The translations under genes and the position numbers were made by a program. A stretch of DNA of 64,000 nt from Heterodontus francisci (taxonomy: Eukaryota): contig NC_090401.1 of NCBI RefSeq assembly GCF_036365525.1, positions 42,740,683 to 42,804,682 on the forward strand. The letters are read 5' to 3'. The stretch's first letter is position 1; each line of letters begins with the position of its first letter. The notes below the pieces were generated by a model. It was not told the origin of the DNA and searched no databases. It saw only the letters and a program-made list of their open reading frames with translations. Positions 48,965 to 61,793 of this stretch are shown piece by piece.

Positions 48965-51330
48965 ACAATAAATGCCTGTATTTAATAGAAGGTTTAACAT
49001 AAGATATCCTGCACCACTTCACAAATGGAGATAGGCAAGAACCTCAACCATGGAGGGAGAGATCTGGAAAGATGGGGTTTAAGAAGATCTTTAAAGTGGA
49101 GAGAAAATTGGAGGAAGGGAAGGAGTTCCAGAGAATAAGCCAAGGCAACAGCAGACTTTGCCACCTGTGGGTGGGGTGGTCGGAGATGGGAGAGAGTCAG
49201 AGGGTGGAAAACTGCAGGAAGGGTACAAGACTGAAGGCATGCAAAGATGGTGGGAGAGGCTGTGGAGAGGAGGACAAGGATTTAAGCTTAAGATATTGGG
49301 AGTGGCTAAGTTTTGAACAAGTTAGAGGTTATGGATGGTGTAGGAGAGGCCAGGAAGGAGGAGATTGAAGTAATCAAGTCTGGATTTGCTGCAGGTTTCG
49401 GTAGCGGAGATGCTGGAGCGAGGCAGTGTAGTAGAAATTGAACTAAGTGGCCTTCCTGATTTGTGAGGATGTGGGATTTGAAGCTCAGTTCTGGGTTGAA
49501 CAGGTTGCCAGGGTTTCAAGGTCTGGTCCAGAGTGGGTGATTGGCTAGGAAGTTGGAGTCAGAGGCAAGAGAATGGAATTGATGGAAGTCGAAAATTATA
49601 TTTTGGTCTTTCTGATGTTAAGTTGGAGGAAATTGTAAGTCATTCAGATTGATGTCAGGGAGCATGGAGAGAGTTGGTGGTGGAAAGGTAGAGCTTGGTG
49701 CCCCCATCTTTATGGATGGTGCCACTAAGGGGCAGCTGGAAGATGGGGAAGAGGAGATGGTCAATGATGGATCCTAGGGGGACTGCAGAGGTGAAGGTGA
49801 AGAAATGGCCAGGGTTATGCTGATGTGAGAAGGAGAGAAACTGGATTGGAGGGGATTGAATTGGGAGTTTTGAGAGGCAGGCAAAAGGCTATAAGTAACA
49901 ATGCATTCAGGCACCTGGGAATGTTTAGAGTTGAGGTTTTCGGTGGAGGGGACAGATAGGTGTTATGACTGAGGTGGGAGGAGTGCACTGTCTTTTCTAG
50001 TTCCACTTTTCCACAGGTCACAACATATATTTAAAATATTTATCCAGTTACTGAAATGGTCAATCATAGACCCTACTCTTTATCCCAGAATAAAATACAC
50101 CAAACCAGTTTCTTTAATAAACAACAAAATTATCAGTTTATTATAAAACAAGACATAACCAGTAATGAAGCAAAGCATTAACACACAGATTGAAATATGA
50201 AAGTTCCCTTTTACCTTAGCCCCTCACACGTGTGCACGCTGGAAAACAAAGATTTTCTCTTTAGAACTCTGTTACAAAAGAAAGACTAAAAAGAATACTT
50301 TAGCCAAATACTTGCTAATTCTTGAAGAAAGAGAAGATATGGAAAGATGTCAGTTGTCACTTTTTGGTTTGGTTTCCCAATACACGTAGGCAGCTGTCAC
50401 TGGAATCGTTCTAGAACAGTTCTTTTCAAGGGACGTTGAAGATCAGTTTGGCAGACTTTCCAGAGAAATGTGGCAACTGGTTTTTGGCAGGCCTTTCAGG
50501 AGGAATGCAGCATCAATTTCTCTATTCCTTACACTCGCTTCTAAGAGCTTCTCAAAGAGATGGAAAAGGCTCAGCTGAGGTTTTGTCCTTGACTTTAAAC
50601 TCCTTTCAAAACACTGTCCAAAGTGAAACCAAAGACAATATCTCAAGAGTAAGCCTCCTGACCCCTATAAATCTTGATCTGTCACTTCTCTGTAAACATC
50701 CTCCCCAGGTCAAAAGTACCCACTGGGTACTTATCTGCAGACAAGTGACTTCCAGTAAGGGTTGTTTACAAACCTAGTTCAAAAGACCTTCTGATGACCT
50801 CTTTTTTTTTTTAAAAAAGCACAAAGTCCAGAATCTATGGAATCCTTTTCAGTTTTAAAACCCAAGTCCTCAAAAAAAAAAATTAACAAAAAAAATGGAA
50901 GCACTTTTGTAAATTAGGTCAAGGTGTGTTTTCTAAGCAGGTGGTGGCGGACAGTTTTGAAAGGGAGGGCCAGTGCTTGAGGACAGGGAGAACTTAGCAA
51001 TGTCAGCGAGCATGGGATCTTGGGAGGGAAAATTGAGTGAGGGAGAGGTCCTGCCACACTCCCACACCTCCATGTTGAATCTTTCCCCACCTACCTGGTC
51101 TGCATCAAATAACTCTGTGTCCTTGGCAATTTTAACCTACCCAAAACCTGGTTCCAGAGATGAGGAGGGGTGAGGCCACACAAGAATTTAAGCGCAAGTA
51201 TATTAAATTTGAGGTGTCAGGAGTCAATGCAGGTCAGTAGGGACAGGAGTGATTACTGAGGGATAATTAGTGTGGGGTAGGGTACAGGTACCAGAGTTTT
51301 GGATGAGCTGAGGTGTGCAGAGGATCGGAG
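48965..51330 (-). mobile_element. Old L2 LINE, interrupted by a solo LTR
   Basis: Reverse complement matches L2 segments at 54430-54720 (for example TTTCCTCCAACTTAACATCAGAAAGACC and AGACTTGATTACTTCAA). Confidence 0.65.
49961..50914. mobile_element. Solo LTR (Gypsy-like)
   Basis: Begins TGTTATGA, 4-bp TSD TAGG (49957-49960, 50915-50918). The right terminus is degenerate (TGTAAAT). Confidence 0.65.
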
Positions 51331-51625
51331 TCTGGACTGGGAACTATGTGGAGAGCAACTAACACCATAGCTCGTTACCCAGTGACTCTGAGCAGGAGTT
51401 TGTAAAGTCGGTTTCTATGGAGACATCAGCAGTATGCAGGTGTTAACCTCGTTATTTGCAATACCTTTAGGTAAGGGTCATTTTCATTTGCCATAACAGT
51501 CCCCCATCCACCACCTATCCTGTAACTGAGGGGAAGGAGACTCCACTTTAGTCATTCTGTTTTTTTTTTTAATCCACTTTCTGTGTTTGAACTGAGTTGC
51601 TGCTCTCCTTTCCCTGTTTTTACAG

Positions 51626-51800
51626 CTGATGAGAAGAAGGCAGGATCTACGACCCCAATTCGTATCCGATCGAGCGGCAGGAAGGATTCCATCTCTGATG
51701 ATGAGGTGATTCTGAGGGAGCGAGGTTATGATTACAAGTCACGTTATTGTGGTCACTGTAACACCACCACAGATATCAAAGAAGCCAACTTTTTTGGAAG
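51626..51800 (+). CDS. WDTC1: WDTC1 coding exon 13
   Basis: DEKKAGSTTPIRIRSSGRKDSISDDEVILRERGYDYKSRYCGHCNTTTDIKEANFFG, 175 nt. Confidence 0.97.
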
Positions 51801-53664
51801 GTAATTTTATAATTTACGAGAAGGCAGCAAGGTTTTGGAAGCCTGTCTAAAACAATTAAGCTATTGGAGTGTATGTAGAATAAAGCTTTGACTATATTGC
51901 AGCAAAATGGGATATAAAAGGATACCATTGTCCATTATTCTGTAAAATATTCCTGAAATTGTTTTTAGAAATCTCAACTTCCCTGTGAAGTGTCTTTAGA
52001 CGTTTTACTATGTTAAAATTGCTATATGAAAGCAAGTTGTTATGGCTCAAAAGGGAATTTCCGTGAGATTTTCTGTAAAATGGCTGTTAGTGTTCTGTGT
52101 TTTTGTGCCAATGTCAGGAGATTGCATAGTTGGGCAATGGATCTGTGCTGTTTTTGATACTCCTGTTCCGTGGAGCAAACTTGATGAGCCTGCTGGCCTT
52201 GCCCTGTGTATCTATATCCATAGGGATGGGGAGGTGGACATGGTGAGAATGGGAAGATGGGCCGAATGAAAACGTTACTTCAGTATTTGCAGAAGAGTGT
52301 GAAGGATGCCTCAAGCTTTTTTGGGGGCGGGACTTTATCTGGAGATGAATGAATCTCCGAGATGGGGTTAAATGGTCAGTAATGATGGCAATCAATAGAT
52401 AGCTGCATTAAGGAGTCCGTTCTTAAGGGGTTCAGGGTACTAACAAATTCAGTAGAGATTGGAGCTGGGACATTATTACAGCTGTTCAAATAGGGGGAAA
52501 GGGATAATCCCAGCAACTGCTGCTGGTCAACTAGTTAGTTGTCGATGGGTAACTTATAAGACCAATTGGAGTCAAAATAAATGACTAAACTGTATGGGCA
52601 TGGACTGATGAGAGATGGTCAGCGAAGGGTTGACTAATGGAATTCTTTTGAGAGAATAAGGAAAGCATAGATGCCGGTTTGGCTGGGGGGAGGGGGCCCA
52701 AGGGCTGGCGGTGGGTTATGTTAATGTAAACTTACAAAGTGTTTGACAAATTACTGATGGGCAATATAGTTTTTAAAAGTCAAGGTTTACTGCTTCTGAG
52801 CTGGGTGGAGCAGCAACTATCCTGGAGACACAAACAGGCTACGGAAAAGGGCAGATAAGTAGACGATACAAAATACAGAACGGAGTTAAATAATAAATTT
52901 TGTGAACAGAAACAAACAATGGAAATATAGAGCTTGGATGCTAAATTTCTGTGGGAATATCCTCCGGGATTCTCCCTGTCAGCTGTCCTAACTTGGATAA
53001 TCAGATTTATTTGGATGTGTGCTGCATTTTCTGAGAGGTCATCACAGCATTCAAAATTGCCCAGGAATAGAATATAAAAGGTTCTGGGGCTTAATACAAA
53101 GTGGAGTTGTCCCTGAAAAATGCCTAAATTCAGCAGAGGCAAGAAAGGCTGAATGGCCTCCTTTTGTGCTTAAATATCTAAAAGAAAGAAAATTGAGTTT
53201 GAATCTTGAGTGGCTGTGCTGTGTCTCTGGCTACAGATTGCCATGTTTTGTAGTTTCTTGCTCCTGAAGGCACTATCTCGGTCTAGGGTGCGGATTCTGC
53301 TGCTTGCTGATACTGCACCCAAGTGACCTTGTCTGAGCCTCACAGTAATAGTTCACTGGGTGGGTTGGGGCTCACAGCTGAGTTTGATCCTGTCCTTGCA
53401 TACCTGCACTTTACTTCAGGAGTCATTGGCTGGCAATTGCCCCATCTCTGACCCAGGCTGAGAACACTGATTGCCCCCAGTGCAGGATCAGTGGAAGTAA
53501 ACTGTTTGCCTGTTGAAACTTAGCTGACTGGGGATTTGTGAGGGATGGCCCTTGGGGAGTGTGAGGGAATGACCATATTTAAAAGGAAGTCTGTCTGGCT
53601 GTAGCAAAAATTGTTCCATTTTTGTGACGAATGGTTCCCGGAATGAATTTCTCTTGCCTTTCAG

Positions 53665-53857
53665 TAATGGTCAGTACATTGTCAGTGGTTCCGACGATGG
53701 ATCCTTCTTCATCTGGGAGAAAGAGACAACAAACCTTGTTCGTGTTCTGCAGGGCGACGAGTCGATTGTGAACTGTCTGCAGCCTCACCCGAAGCACTGC
53801 TTCCTTGCTACAAGTGGCATCGATCCTGTGGTTCGCCTCTGGAGCCCGAGACCAGAA
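53665..53857 (+). CDS. WDTC1: WDTC1 coding exon 14 (C-terminal WD40)
   Basis: NGQYIVSGSDDGSFFIWEKETTNLVRVLQGDESIVNCLQPHP...VVRLWSPRPE, 193 nt. Confidence 0.97.
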
Positions 53858-54029
53858 GTATGAACTCAGAGTGACTGTGGACCCTGAACTCATTGTCCTA
53901 ATGGGAGGGAACAAGAGCTACCTGCTAACCCAACACTAGCCCAGAGTGTGATAGCTACTTGCTAATACAACACTTGTCCAATTAACATCAACAAGAAAGA
54001 AAAAAAACTATTTGCCCAATCAATTCATT

Positions 54030-54342
54030 GGATAGGTTTAGAGATCTTTGCATTTGTGGGGTGGTCAAAAACTAGGAATCATAAATGTAAGGTAGTCACT
54101 ACTAAATCCAGTAAGAAACATTTTTACCTAGATAGTGGTTAGAATGTGGACCTTGCTACCACATGATGTAGTTGAGGCAAGTAGCATTGATGCATTTAAG
54201 GGGAAGCTAAATAAATAAGAATATAAAATTTTATGCTGATGGGGCAAGATGAAGTAAGGAAGGAGGAGGCACATGTGGAGCATAAATACAGGCATAGACC
54301 AATTGGGCCGAATAGCCTGTTCTGTGCTGTAAAAATCTATGT
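54030..54342 (+). mobile_element. CR1-type 3' fragment
   Basis: GGTTAGAATGTGGACCTTGCTACCACA...GGGCCGAATAGCCTGTTCTGTGCTGTA tail. Confidence 0.65.
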
Positions 54343-54399
54343 CAAAAAAAATTCACTGAGTCTGACCCATTGTCCTTCTCAAGTTGCCATACAATGTGT

Positions 54400-55232
54400 T
54401 CTATAAGTCAGTCGTCTTCTGTACTGGATGAGCAGAAATTTCCTCCAACTAAATATTGGGAAGACCGAAGCCATTGTCTTTGATCCCCACCAGCAACTCC
54501 ATTCCCTAATCACTGACTCCATCTGTCTCCGTGGCAATTGTCTGAGGCTGAACCACACCATTTGCTACCTTTGGTGTCATATTTGGCCCTGAGGTAAGCT
54601 CCCGACCACACATCTGTGCCATCATGAAGACTGCCTATTTCCACCTCTAACAGCACCTGCACCTGTCCCTGCCTCAGCTCATCTGCTTGCCTTTGTTACC
54701 TTTAGACTTGACTATTCCAGCACACTCCTCGCCTGCCTCCCACATTCTACTCTCTGTAAACTTAGGTCATCCAAAATTCTGCTGCCCATGTCCTAACTCA
54801 CACGATGTCCTATTCATCCATTACCCCTGTGCTCACTGACCATCATTGATTCCCGGTTAAGCAACGCCTCGATTTTAAAATTCTGATCCTTGTTTTCAAA
54901 TCCCTGCATGGTCCCAGCCCTCCCTATTTTTGTAATCATCTTCAGCCCCACAAGTCTCCGATATCTGTGCTTCTTTAATTCCCCAATTTTAACTGCTCTA
55001 TCATTGGTGATCGTGTCTTCAGCCAGCAAGGCCTTAAACTCTGGCGTTCCTTCTCTAAACCTCTCTTCCTCTCTACCCCTCTTCTTTAAGATGCTCCTTA
55101 AAACCTACCTCTTTGACCAAGCTTTTGGTCATCTGCTGTAATAGCTCATGTGGCTCTGTGTCAAATTTTGCTTCTCAAGCATCTTGAGAGGTTTTATTAT
55201 GTTAAAGGCATTATATAAATACAAGCTGTTTT
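54400..55232 (+). mobile_element. L2 LINE 3' portion
   Basis: NFLQLNIGKTEAIVF and RLDYS motifs, L2 tail GTTAAAGGCATTATATAAATACAAGCTG. Confidence 0.85.
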
Positions 55233-55378
55233 TAGTGAGGTGAAATGGGAACAGTAAAGACTTCTGAAACAAATTTTATGTCAATGGGATTCATTAATGA
55301 TTGGGAGAGAAGCGGTGGGGGGGGTAGTACAAAAATGTGCTTTTTATTGAACTAAAACCTAAGCTTTGATTTTTAACT

Positions 55379-56199
55379 TGTTACGACCGGTGAGAAAGGT
55401 ATCTAGGGGTCCCTCTCAGTCTTCACCTGGTCTTACTGTAACAGGGTTTAATTTTAAACACACCAGGTTTTTAGCTCCCCCTTTGGTGAATCCTTGTTCA
55501 CCGTTTTCCAATTATCAGGCAAAGAAACCAGCACAAACAGGTTTTCTTAGGTTTAAAGAAGAAAGGTTGAAATTTATTAAATTTGAACTTAAACTCTAAT
55601 TCGGTTGACGCCTACGGATACACGACGCACCCACGCGCAAATAGAGACAGGAAAGAGCAGAAGGAAAATAAATTGGAAAAATTTGTGGCAATATCTGAAG
55701 ATTTTTTGTTGCAGTTCTTCGAGCTCACCTTAGAGTCCTTGACTGTAGGTAGATCTTGCATTTCGTTGGGGCCCAGTATTCTTAAACCTTGTTCGCTGTA
55801 GGAGACTTTTCTCTTTCGGGGTCCACGTGTCTTCAGTGTATTCAGAGGCTTGTGATAAAGAGATGGGAGCAGACAGGAGAGAGGTCTTCTCAGTCTAGGA
55901 GCAAACAGTCTTTGAGTTCAAACTCTCTGTGGCCAGTTCAAAAGAAAACCCTGGAACAGCCAGTTTGTCATGTGACCAGCTGGTCTAACCAGTCCTGGCC
56001 CTTGTGGATTGTATCCTCCTTAGCAGGCCCTGGAATGCGCTTCCTCACCTTTGATGTCTGTTAGTATGTAAATGTTTTTTTCCAGCTATGACTGATCTGT
56101 TTAACAAGTCATTCCCTAGCTCCAGCAACAGTTAAAAATCAATGTTCATATGACAAAACCAATGTGCCTCATTCTTGGCAGATGGGGGCCTGCATGACA
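55379..56199. mobile_element. Solo LTR (Gypsy-like), 821 bp
   Basis: TG...CA termini (TGTTACG...CATGACA) with perfect 4-bp TSD AACT (55375-55378, 56200-56203). Confidence 0.85.
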
Positions 56200-56599
56200 A
56201 ACTGCAGGTCAGTTAACTGTAGTGGGTCACTGGTCAGGTTTTGTTGGTTTCTGTGCAGATTGGACTGACTGACCACTTGAAACTGCTTTGAGTCTGAATG
56301 GTATATAAATGGAGGTAATTGTTCAAGACCAGCTCCAGCTGAGCATACATCAGAGAAAGGTGGAGAGGGCAAGAGAGTAACTTCTGAAATGGAAATTCAG
56401 TGCAGAGGAGGAAGGGGCTGTTAAGTAGACTTACTGATTTTATGCACAAGTAATATAAATGCTTTATTTTTTTAAAAGTAGACATAAAAATGGCAGCAAA
56501 GCCTCGCACTGTACTGCCCCAGTGGTTGAACCCATGTGTCAGACTGAGGCGCAGATCTAGAGTCTGGTGGAAGAGCTGATTCATGTTTTTTTTTTCCAG

Positions 56600-56794
56600 A
56601 GTGAAGATCAAAATGAGCGAGTGATTGAAGACATGGAGGGGGCTTCACAGGCGAACCAGCGGCGAATGAATGCAGACCCCCTTGAGGTTATGCTCTTGAA
56701 TATGGGATACAGGATCACTGGACTGACCAACAGTGGAATGGCCTCAGATGATGAGGAAAACTCTGAAGGCCAGGTGCAGTGCCGGCCGAGCTAA
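56600..56794 (+). CDS. WDTC1: WDTC1 coding exon 15 (last), ending GQVQCRPS*
   Basis: SEDQNERVIEDMEGASQANQRRMNADPLEVMLLNMGYRITG...QVQCRPS-TAA. All coding exons sum to 2019 nt. Confidence 0.97.
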   Translation, partial: SEDQNERVIEDMEGASQANQRRMNADPLEVMLLNMGYRITGLTNSGMASDDEENSEGQVQCRPS

Positions 56795-59700
56795 ACAACA
56801 ACTCCAACAACAGCGTACTTGGGACAGACCAGGGAAAAACTCTCAGTTCAGAGTGTCTGTGGCTGAAACACTGCACTGTCCTCAGCTATGCACCAAAAGC
56901 TTTGTTCAGGAAGCAATGACAGGGTTTGCATTATCTCCAACATCTATCAGACTCACTTATGGATGAGTTCTATATCAGTCTGCAGAAGTCTGAGAGTGAT
57001 GGTGCTACCCTCTCAAGAACAGCTAACTGGGCCAAACCTGGCCTGAGACGCATACAGGAGACTTCAAATTGTTTCCGGTGATTGAAAAAGACTCATTTGA
57101 TAAGCAGATCTTTTTGTAAATTGTCTAGATGCTGCTTTCAGTTTGTATAAATGCTTCCTCCTCTATCACCTTCAGTCCCTTTGTCGTAATGGATTCTGCG
57201 CAGTCCATTAGCAACAAGCAGCCGTTAATATTGAGGTAAACTGCACTCCTTTCATCGCCCTGGAACCACTAGTTCAAGTCCCAGGGCTTCCTTATGTAGC
57301 TTTCATTGCAGGACATAGAGGGTCCTGACTGGTGGTCACAGCTGGTAGTCATGTCCCTTGGTCACGGCCATGTTTGTGACTCCTTTGCCTGCCTCTTCGC
57401 CAGTTTACAATGCGCATGCAGGATGTGTAGCTAAACATGGCCTGATATAGGGATCTCTGCATCATTTGTGGGGACTTAGACCATGGACACATAGGATGAA
57501 ATCACAGTGTACATGCAGAGAGGAGACTGTTTCATGGCGAAGTATGGGAGTTGGGTCAGGAAAACCCCCGCACTCAGTGTTGCGAACAACCTGGTGATGG
57601 GGCGGGGGGGGGTTGTGCCTACACACCTCTGTCTCCTGCACTCTATAGCTCTGTTCTTTGTCCAGCTTTCTTCCCCCAGTCTCGGCTGCCTGTCTACTTA
57701 CTGTCTTTTTCACTGCTTAACATTCATCTGTTCAAGCACTGATTCTGTGAGCAGTGTCTGCAGCCTGTTCACAGCTTCCAGAGTTTGCAAAGTGTGATAC
57801 TGCCCTCTCCTGGAATGCTTCTCACAGGGTGACTTTTTACTCAGGTGTCCCTAAAACTCGGCATTGTAAAACCAAGCCCCAGTCCCGTCAGGAGCTCTGA
57901 ATCAAATGTTCCGTTTGCAGAGCATATTTAAGAATGTGGGGGGGGTGGACTTATTAAGTATATTTTGGTTTCTTTTTCTGGCTGCTGCTTTTTGATGACT
58001 TCTGTTGCGATGTGTGAGCTAGTTTAAGTCTTGAGCTGTCAGCTTTGAGAAGCAGCAGTGATGCTCTTGGTAAAGTTGGGGAGGAAATTATCAGTTTAGT
58101 TCTCATTCTGATTCCTAATTTGCTGTTAAGTTTATCAAATTTTATTGAGAGTTTGGCTGGAAGCTGTAGCATGAGGTAGAGAAGAATGTTTCACTTCTGG
58201 GCAGGTTGGGGGAAACACTGAGTGAGGGGGTGGGGAGAATTTCTGCCTGACAAGGGAGGGGAGCAAGCTGACAATGTGGTAGGAAGTAATGAAAACAGCA
58301 ACAACTAACTGCAGCCATTCTGTTACAACACTGACCCAATAAATGGTAGCAAATGGAATGGAGTGCACACCCTGACTGGTAGAGTAGGTTAGCAAGCTAT
58401 CCTTCTACCTCTGAAACCTGTGCGAGATCTAACGCAGAGAGGAAATCCTACCTGCCAGCATGAAGCTCCTGTTTGAGTTTCAGGAGGTTCCACTTAAATT
58501 GACTGAAAATGTGGAAACTGATGTGTTCACAAAGATGGGAGGTGAAATATCTTTCTTACATGGCAGAGGGTGATGTTTTGTAGTAGTATGCAGTGTATAA
58601 AGAGTTACTGTTGTGAGGAGTTATGGTTTTGTTTATAACAAGGTGGGAGTTAAGGTCCTATGTACACAGTTCCAATTGATTTTGCCAGTGTGTGCACAAT
58701 ATAGAGATCACTTTAATCACTAATAGTGACTCCTTCACTTCCTGGACAAACAAATTCATCACATGCGGAGACTTCTCTGCTGCAAGTTCCATTTGCGTTT
58801 TAAGGCACATTCAATTGGGTTACACTGAATTGAAAGCAAGTTTGTGAAATGGTGATCACTGATTCGCTTCACTGCAGCTTCTCCTGGAAGGATTTGTTCA
58901 TCAATTTATTTTGAAAGCCACTAATTTGCTGTTTTCATGAGAAAACAGATGAAATCATTGGCTGAAATCTGTACAGCTCAGTTAGAAATTCCATTGCCTG
59001 TGCAATAACAGCAGAATTTGACTGGTTCGGTTACTGATCATGTGTGACTGCCTTAGCAGTTACTATGCTGGGTATGCTGTAGCCAGTTGATCACCTAAAC
59101 TAGTTACTGATCAGTTGCTGAGACGGTGAGCTGCTGCATCATTGCAGGCAGGTGTTTCCTGAGATCCTCCCTAGGGGTTGCAGGGTTAGAATTCAACCAG
59201 AAGGAGGCCTATAGTTCAGTAAAGTGTCTAATCCCAGTCCGGAGAGGCTGTGGTGTTAGAGCAGGCTTGATTTGAGATGTAGCCAGAACTTATTAGCTAA
59301 TCGCACCATCAGCCTTTATGTCTGTAATTGCATTGTTAAGTAATACCTTAAAGTGTAAATTAGGTTATGGTGGGATTGTTAATCAGGATAAATTATTCTG
59401 TTTAAAATCCTGCCCGATCCCTTCACTGGGATCGTTGCACCTTTGCGGTTGTTCAACAGCCTTGATCTGAAGCTTTAACCCCCTGTGTGGTATCAGTCAG
59501 TGCATTAAATGGTAAAGTATGTCAGTGGTGGGGTAGGTAGTTGGAAGTTCAATGTGCTGGATATTCCTCTGCAACAATTGCAGTCTCCCCCCCCAATCTG
59601 AGAGCTGCAGTGCCAATTGTGTGCATAAACCTCACTCAGTTTGTTGCTCCTGTCCTTGTCTGTGATTTGATGAGGAATTGCCCGTGGGAAGCTGCTAACT

Positions 59701-59861
59701 GTACAAATTAAATTGTTAATCCACGGTTGTGATGAGTTTAAAGCCAGCATTAAATGGCGGGTTTAGCAGAATGCTGTTTGGTTTGGTTGCTAATAATTCA
59801 TACTTGTATAGGGGCTGCTGCTTTCAACAAGCTTGTAGTTACTCCCAATGTACATTGGTGC

Positions 59862-59867
59862 AATAAA
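59862..59867 (+). terminator. WDTC1: Likely WDTC1 polyadenylation signal (3' UTR about 3.1 kb)
   Basis: AATAAA at the end of a repeat-poor tract following the stop codon. Repeats resume just downstream. Confidence 0.6.
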
Positions 59868-59974
59868 AACACAAACCACAGTAATCTGCTTACATTCAAA
59901 TACTAAATGTGCTGCACTCTCTCCAACAGGCACGATTTGTACGTGAGCACTGTGACTGACCAGTGCACATCTCA

Positions 59975-60396
59975 GTTTGGCTCAGTTAGTATTATCCTCA
60001 CTTCAGGTCTCAAAGTTGTGGGTTTGAGTCCCACTCCAGAGATTTTAGCGTGAAAGCCAGACTGGGAGTGCGACACTATTGAAGGTGCTGTCTTTCAGAT
60101 GTGGCGTTAAAACGAGGCCCTTTCTGCCCTCTTGGGTAGATGTAAAATCATCCCCTGGCCACTATTGGAAGAGCAGAGGTATTCTCCCTGGTGTCCTGGC
60201 AAATTTTTAATCCTTCAACATCACTAAAACAGAATTACCTGGTTATTTGTCCCAGTTGTTTGTTGCATCTGTGCGCTAATTGGTTGCTGCATTTCCCTAC
60301 ATTACAGCTGTGATTACACCTCAAAAGTACTGCAGCAGCTGCAGAACACTATGGGACATTGAGGATATGAAAGACACGGTATAAAGGTCTTCCTTT
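59975..60396 (+). mobile_element. SacSINE1-like Deu-SINE
   Basis: Head TGGCTCAGTTAGT...GGTTTGAGTCCC, Deu-like core and L2-like tail. Confidence 0.75.
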
Positions 60397-60779
60397 TTAA
60401 ATTTTAAAATCCAAGAAGAAAAAAGTGCAAAAGCTAAACCAGATTGTAATAGGGCAGGTTTTATAGAGATGAGTGAGTTGAGAGGTGGATGGTGAAATTG
60501 TCCCCGTGTTTGTGTGCTCTTCCCCCATCCCCACCCTGCTTGAGTGGGATGCAATCAGTGGAAAATCAGTCCTTTCAGGGTTTCCTGATTGGTGTGGAGA
60601 ATGTTTTAAAATCTTGATTCTCTCCTGGGGTTGGAAATGGCTGCACAATGAGTGATGAGACCAGCGCTCCTGATGCCAGTCTCCAGTGACCGTAGCAACA
60701 ACTACAGACATCACACAGCCAACAAATTAATGAATGTATTGAGGTGTGTAATCTGTAGCTTGGGCCCTTTAAACATCAC

Positions 60780-61420
60780 ATAATATCAGCAACACAATTC
60801 CATGGGGAAAGGGCACCTGTTGCATGGAACATGATGCAAACAATATTTTTTTGAATAAGTCAACAAGATGGTGGATGAGGGAAACCTAACAAATGTGTAC
60901 TTCAACCTTCAAAAAGATTTTGACAATACCCTGTACAACAAGCTTCAATACAAGATCGAAGCCTTAGAAATTAGAGGTAATATAAAAGCAAAAACAAGAA
61001 ATGCTGGAAATACTCAGCAGGTCTGGCAGTATCAGTGGAGAGAGAAGCAGAGTTAACGTTTCAGGTCAGTGACCCTATCAGTACAGTTAATATATTGACT
61101 GGGTTGAAAACTGGCTGTAAGGATGTAGGCAAAGAGTAGTTATAGATGGATTTGGAAACCAGGAGTGACCTACAAGGACCAGTGTTGGAACCATTGCCCT
61201 TTACAGTTTCTATTTAGAGATCTCGATGTAGATGCTGTTGGCTCCATCTGCAAATTTAGGACTAGATGATGCTCGACTACATCAGGCGGATCTTGATGTA
61301 CTGGGGGAATGGGTTTATGACTGGAAAATGTTTAATTTGGATAACTACAGTGTTCTGCGTGCGGACAGAGCAAATGTTGAACTTGTTTACAGTCTTCAGG
61401 GAGGTGGGGGGAGACATTAA
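60780..61420 (+). mobile_element. Very old CR1 fragment with a nested Penelope-like terminus (60985-61085, minus strand)
   Basis: VDEGNLTNVYFNLQKDFD is degenerate CR1 RT. The insert has GGGTC-ACT-GACCT-GAAA-CGTT-AACT on the minus strand. Confidence 0.65.
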
Positions 61421-61700
61421 AGCAAATGGGTGAGAAGATCTGGGCATGCTAGTGTACGTGCAGTGGGTGAGTGTAGGTGTGTTTGTGAGCTAAACCCTGT
61501 GATATTAAATTTCCTACCTGAGAGTGTGCCCGTTACTCCAAAGGCTGGTATAATTCACGTAACACGGTCTACACTGTCCCATCAAACAGGGACAGGTACA
61601 GCACGGGTTGGGTACGGAGTAAAGCTCCTTCTACACTGCCCCATCAAACACTCCCAGGGTTAGATATGGAGTAAAGCACTCAGTGTGAATTAAATAGATA

Positions 61701-61706
61701 TTTATT
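61701..61706 (-). terminator. TRNP1: Likely polyadenylation signal of TRNP1
   Basis: TTTATT on + (AATAAA on -), about 90 nt past the stop codon. Confidence 0.65.
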
Positions 61707-61793
61707 TTAATTTACATTCTGGTTAAGGGAAGAGTCAGAGACCCGGGAAATTGCACAACAGACCTGCGGCTCCCGGCCACTCGGCCCGTCTCC

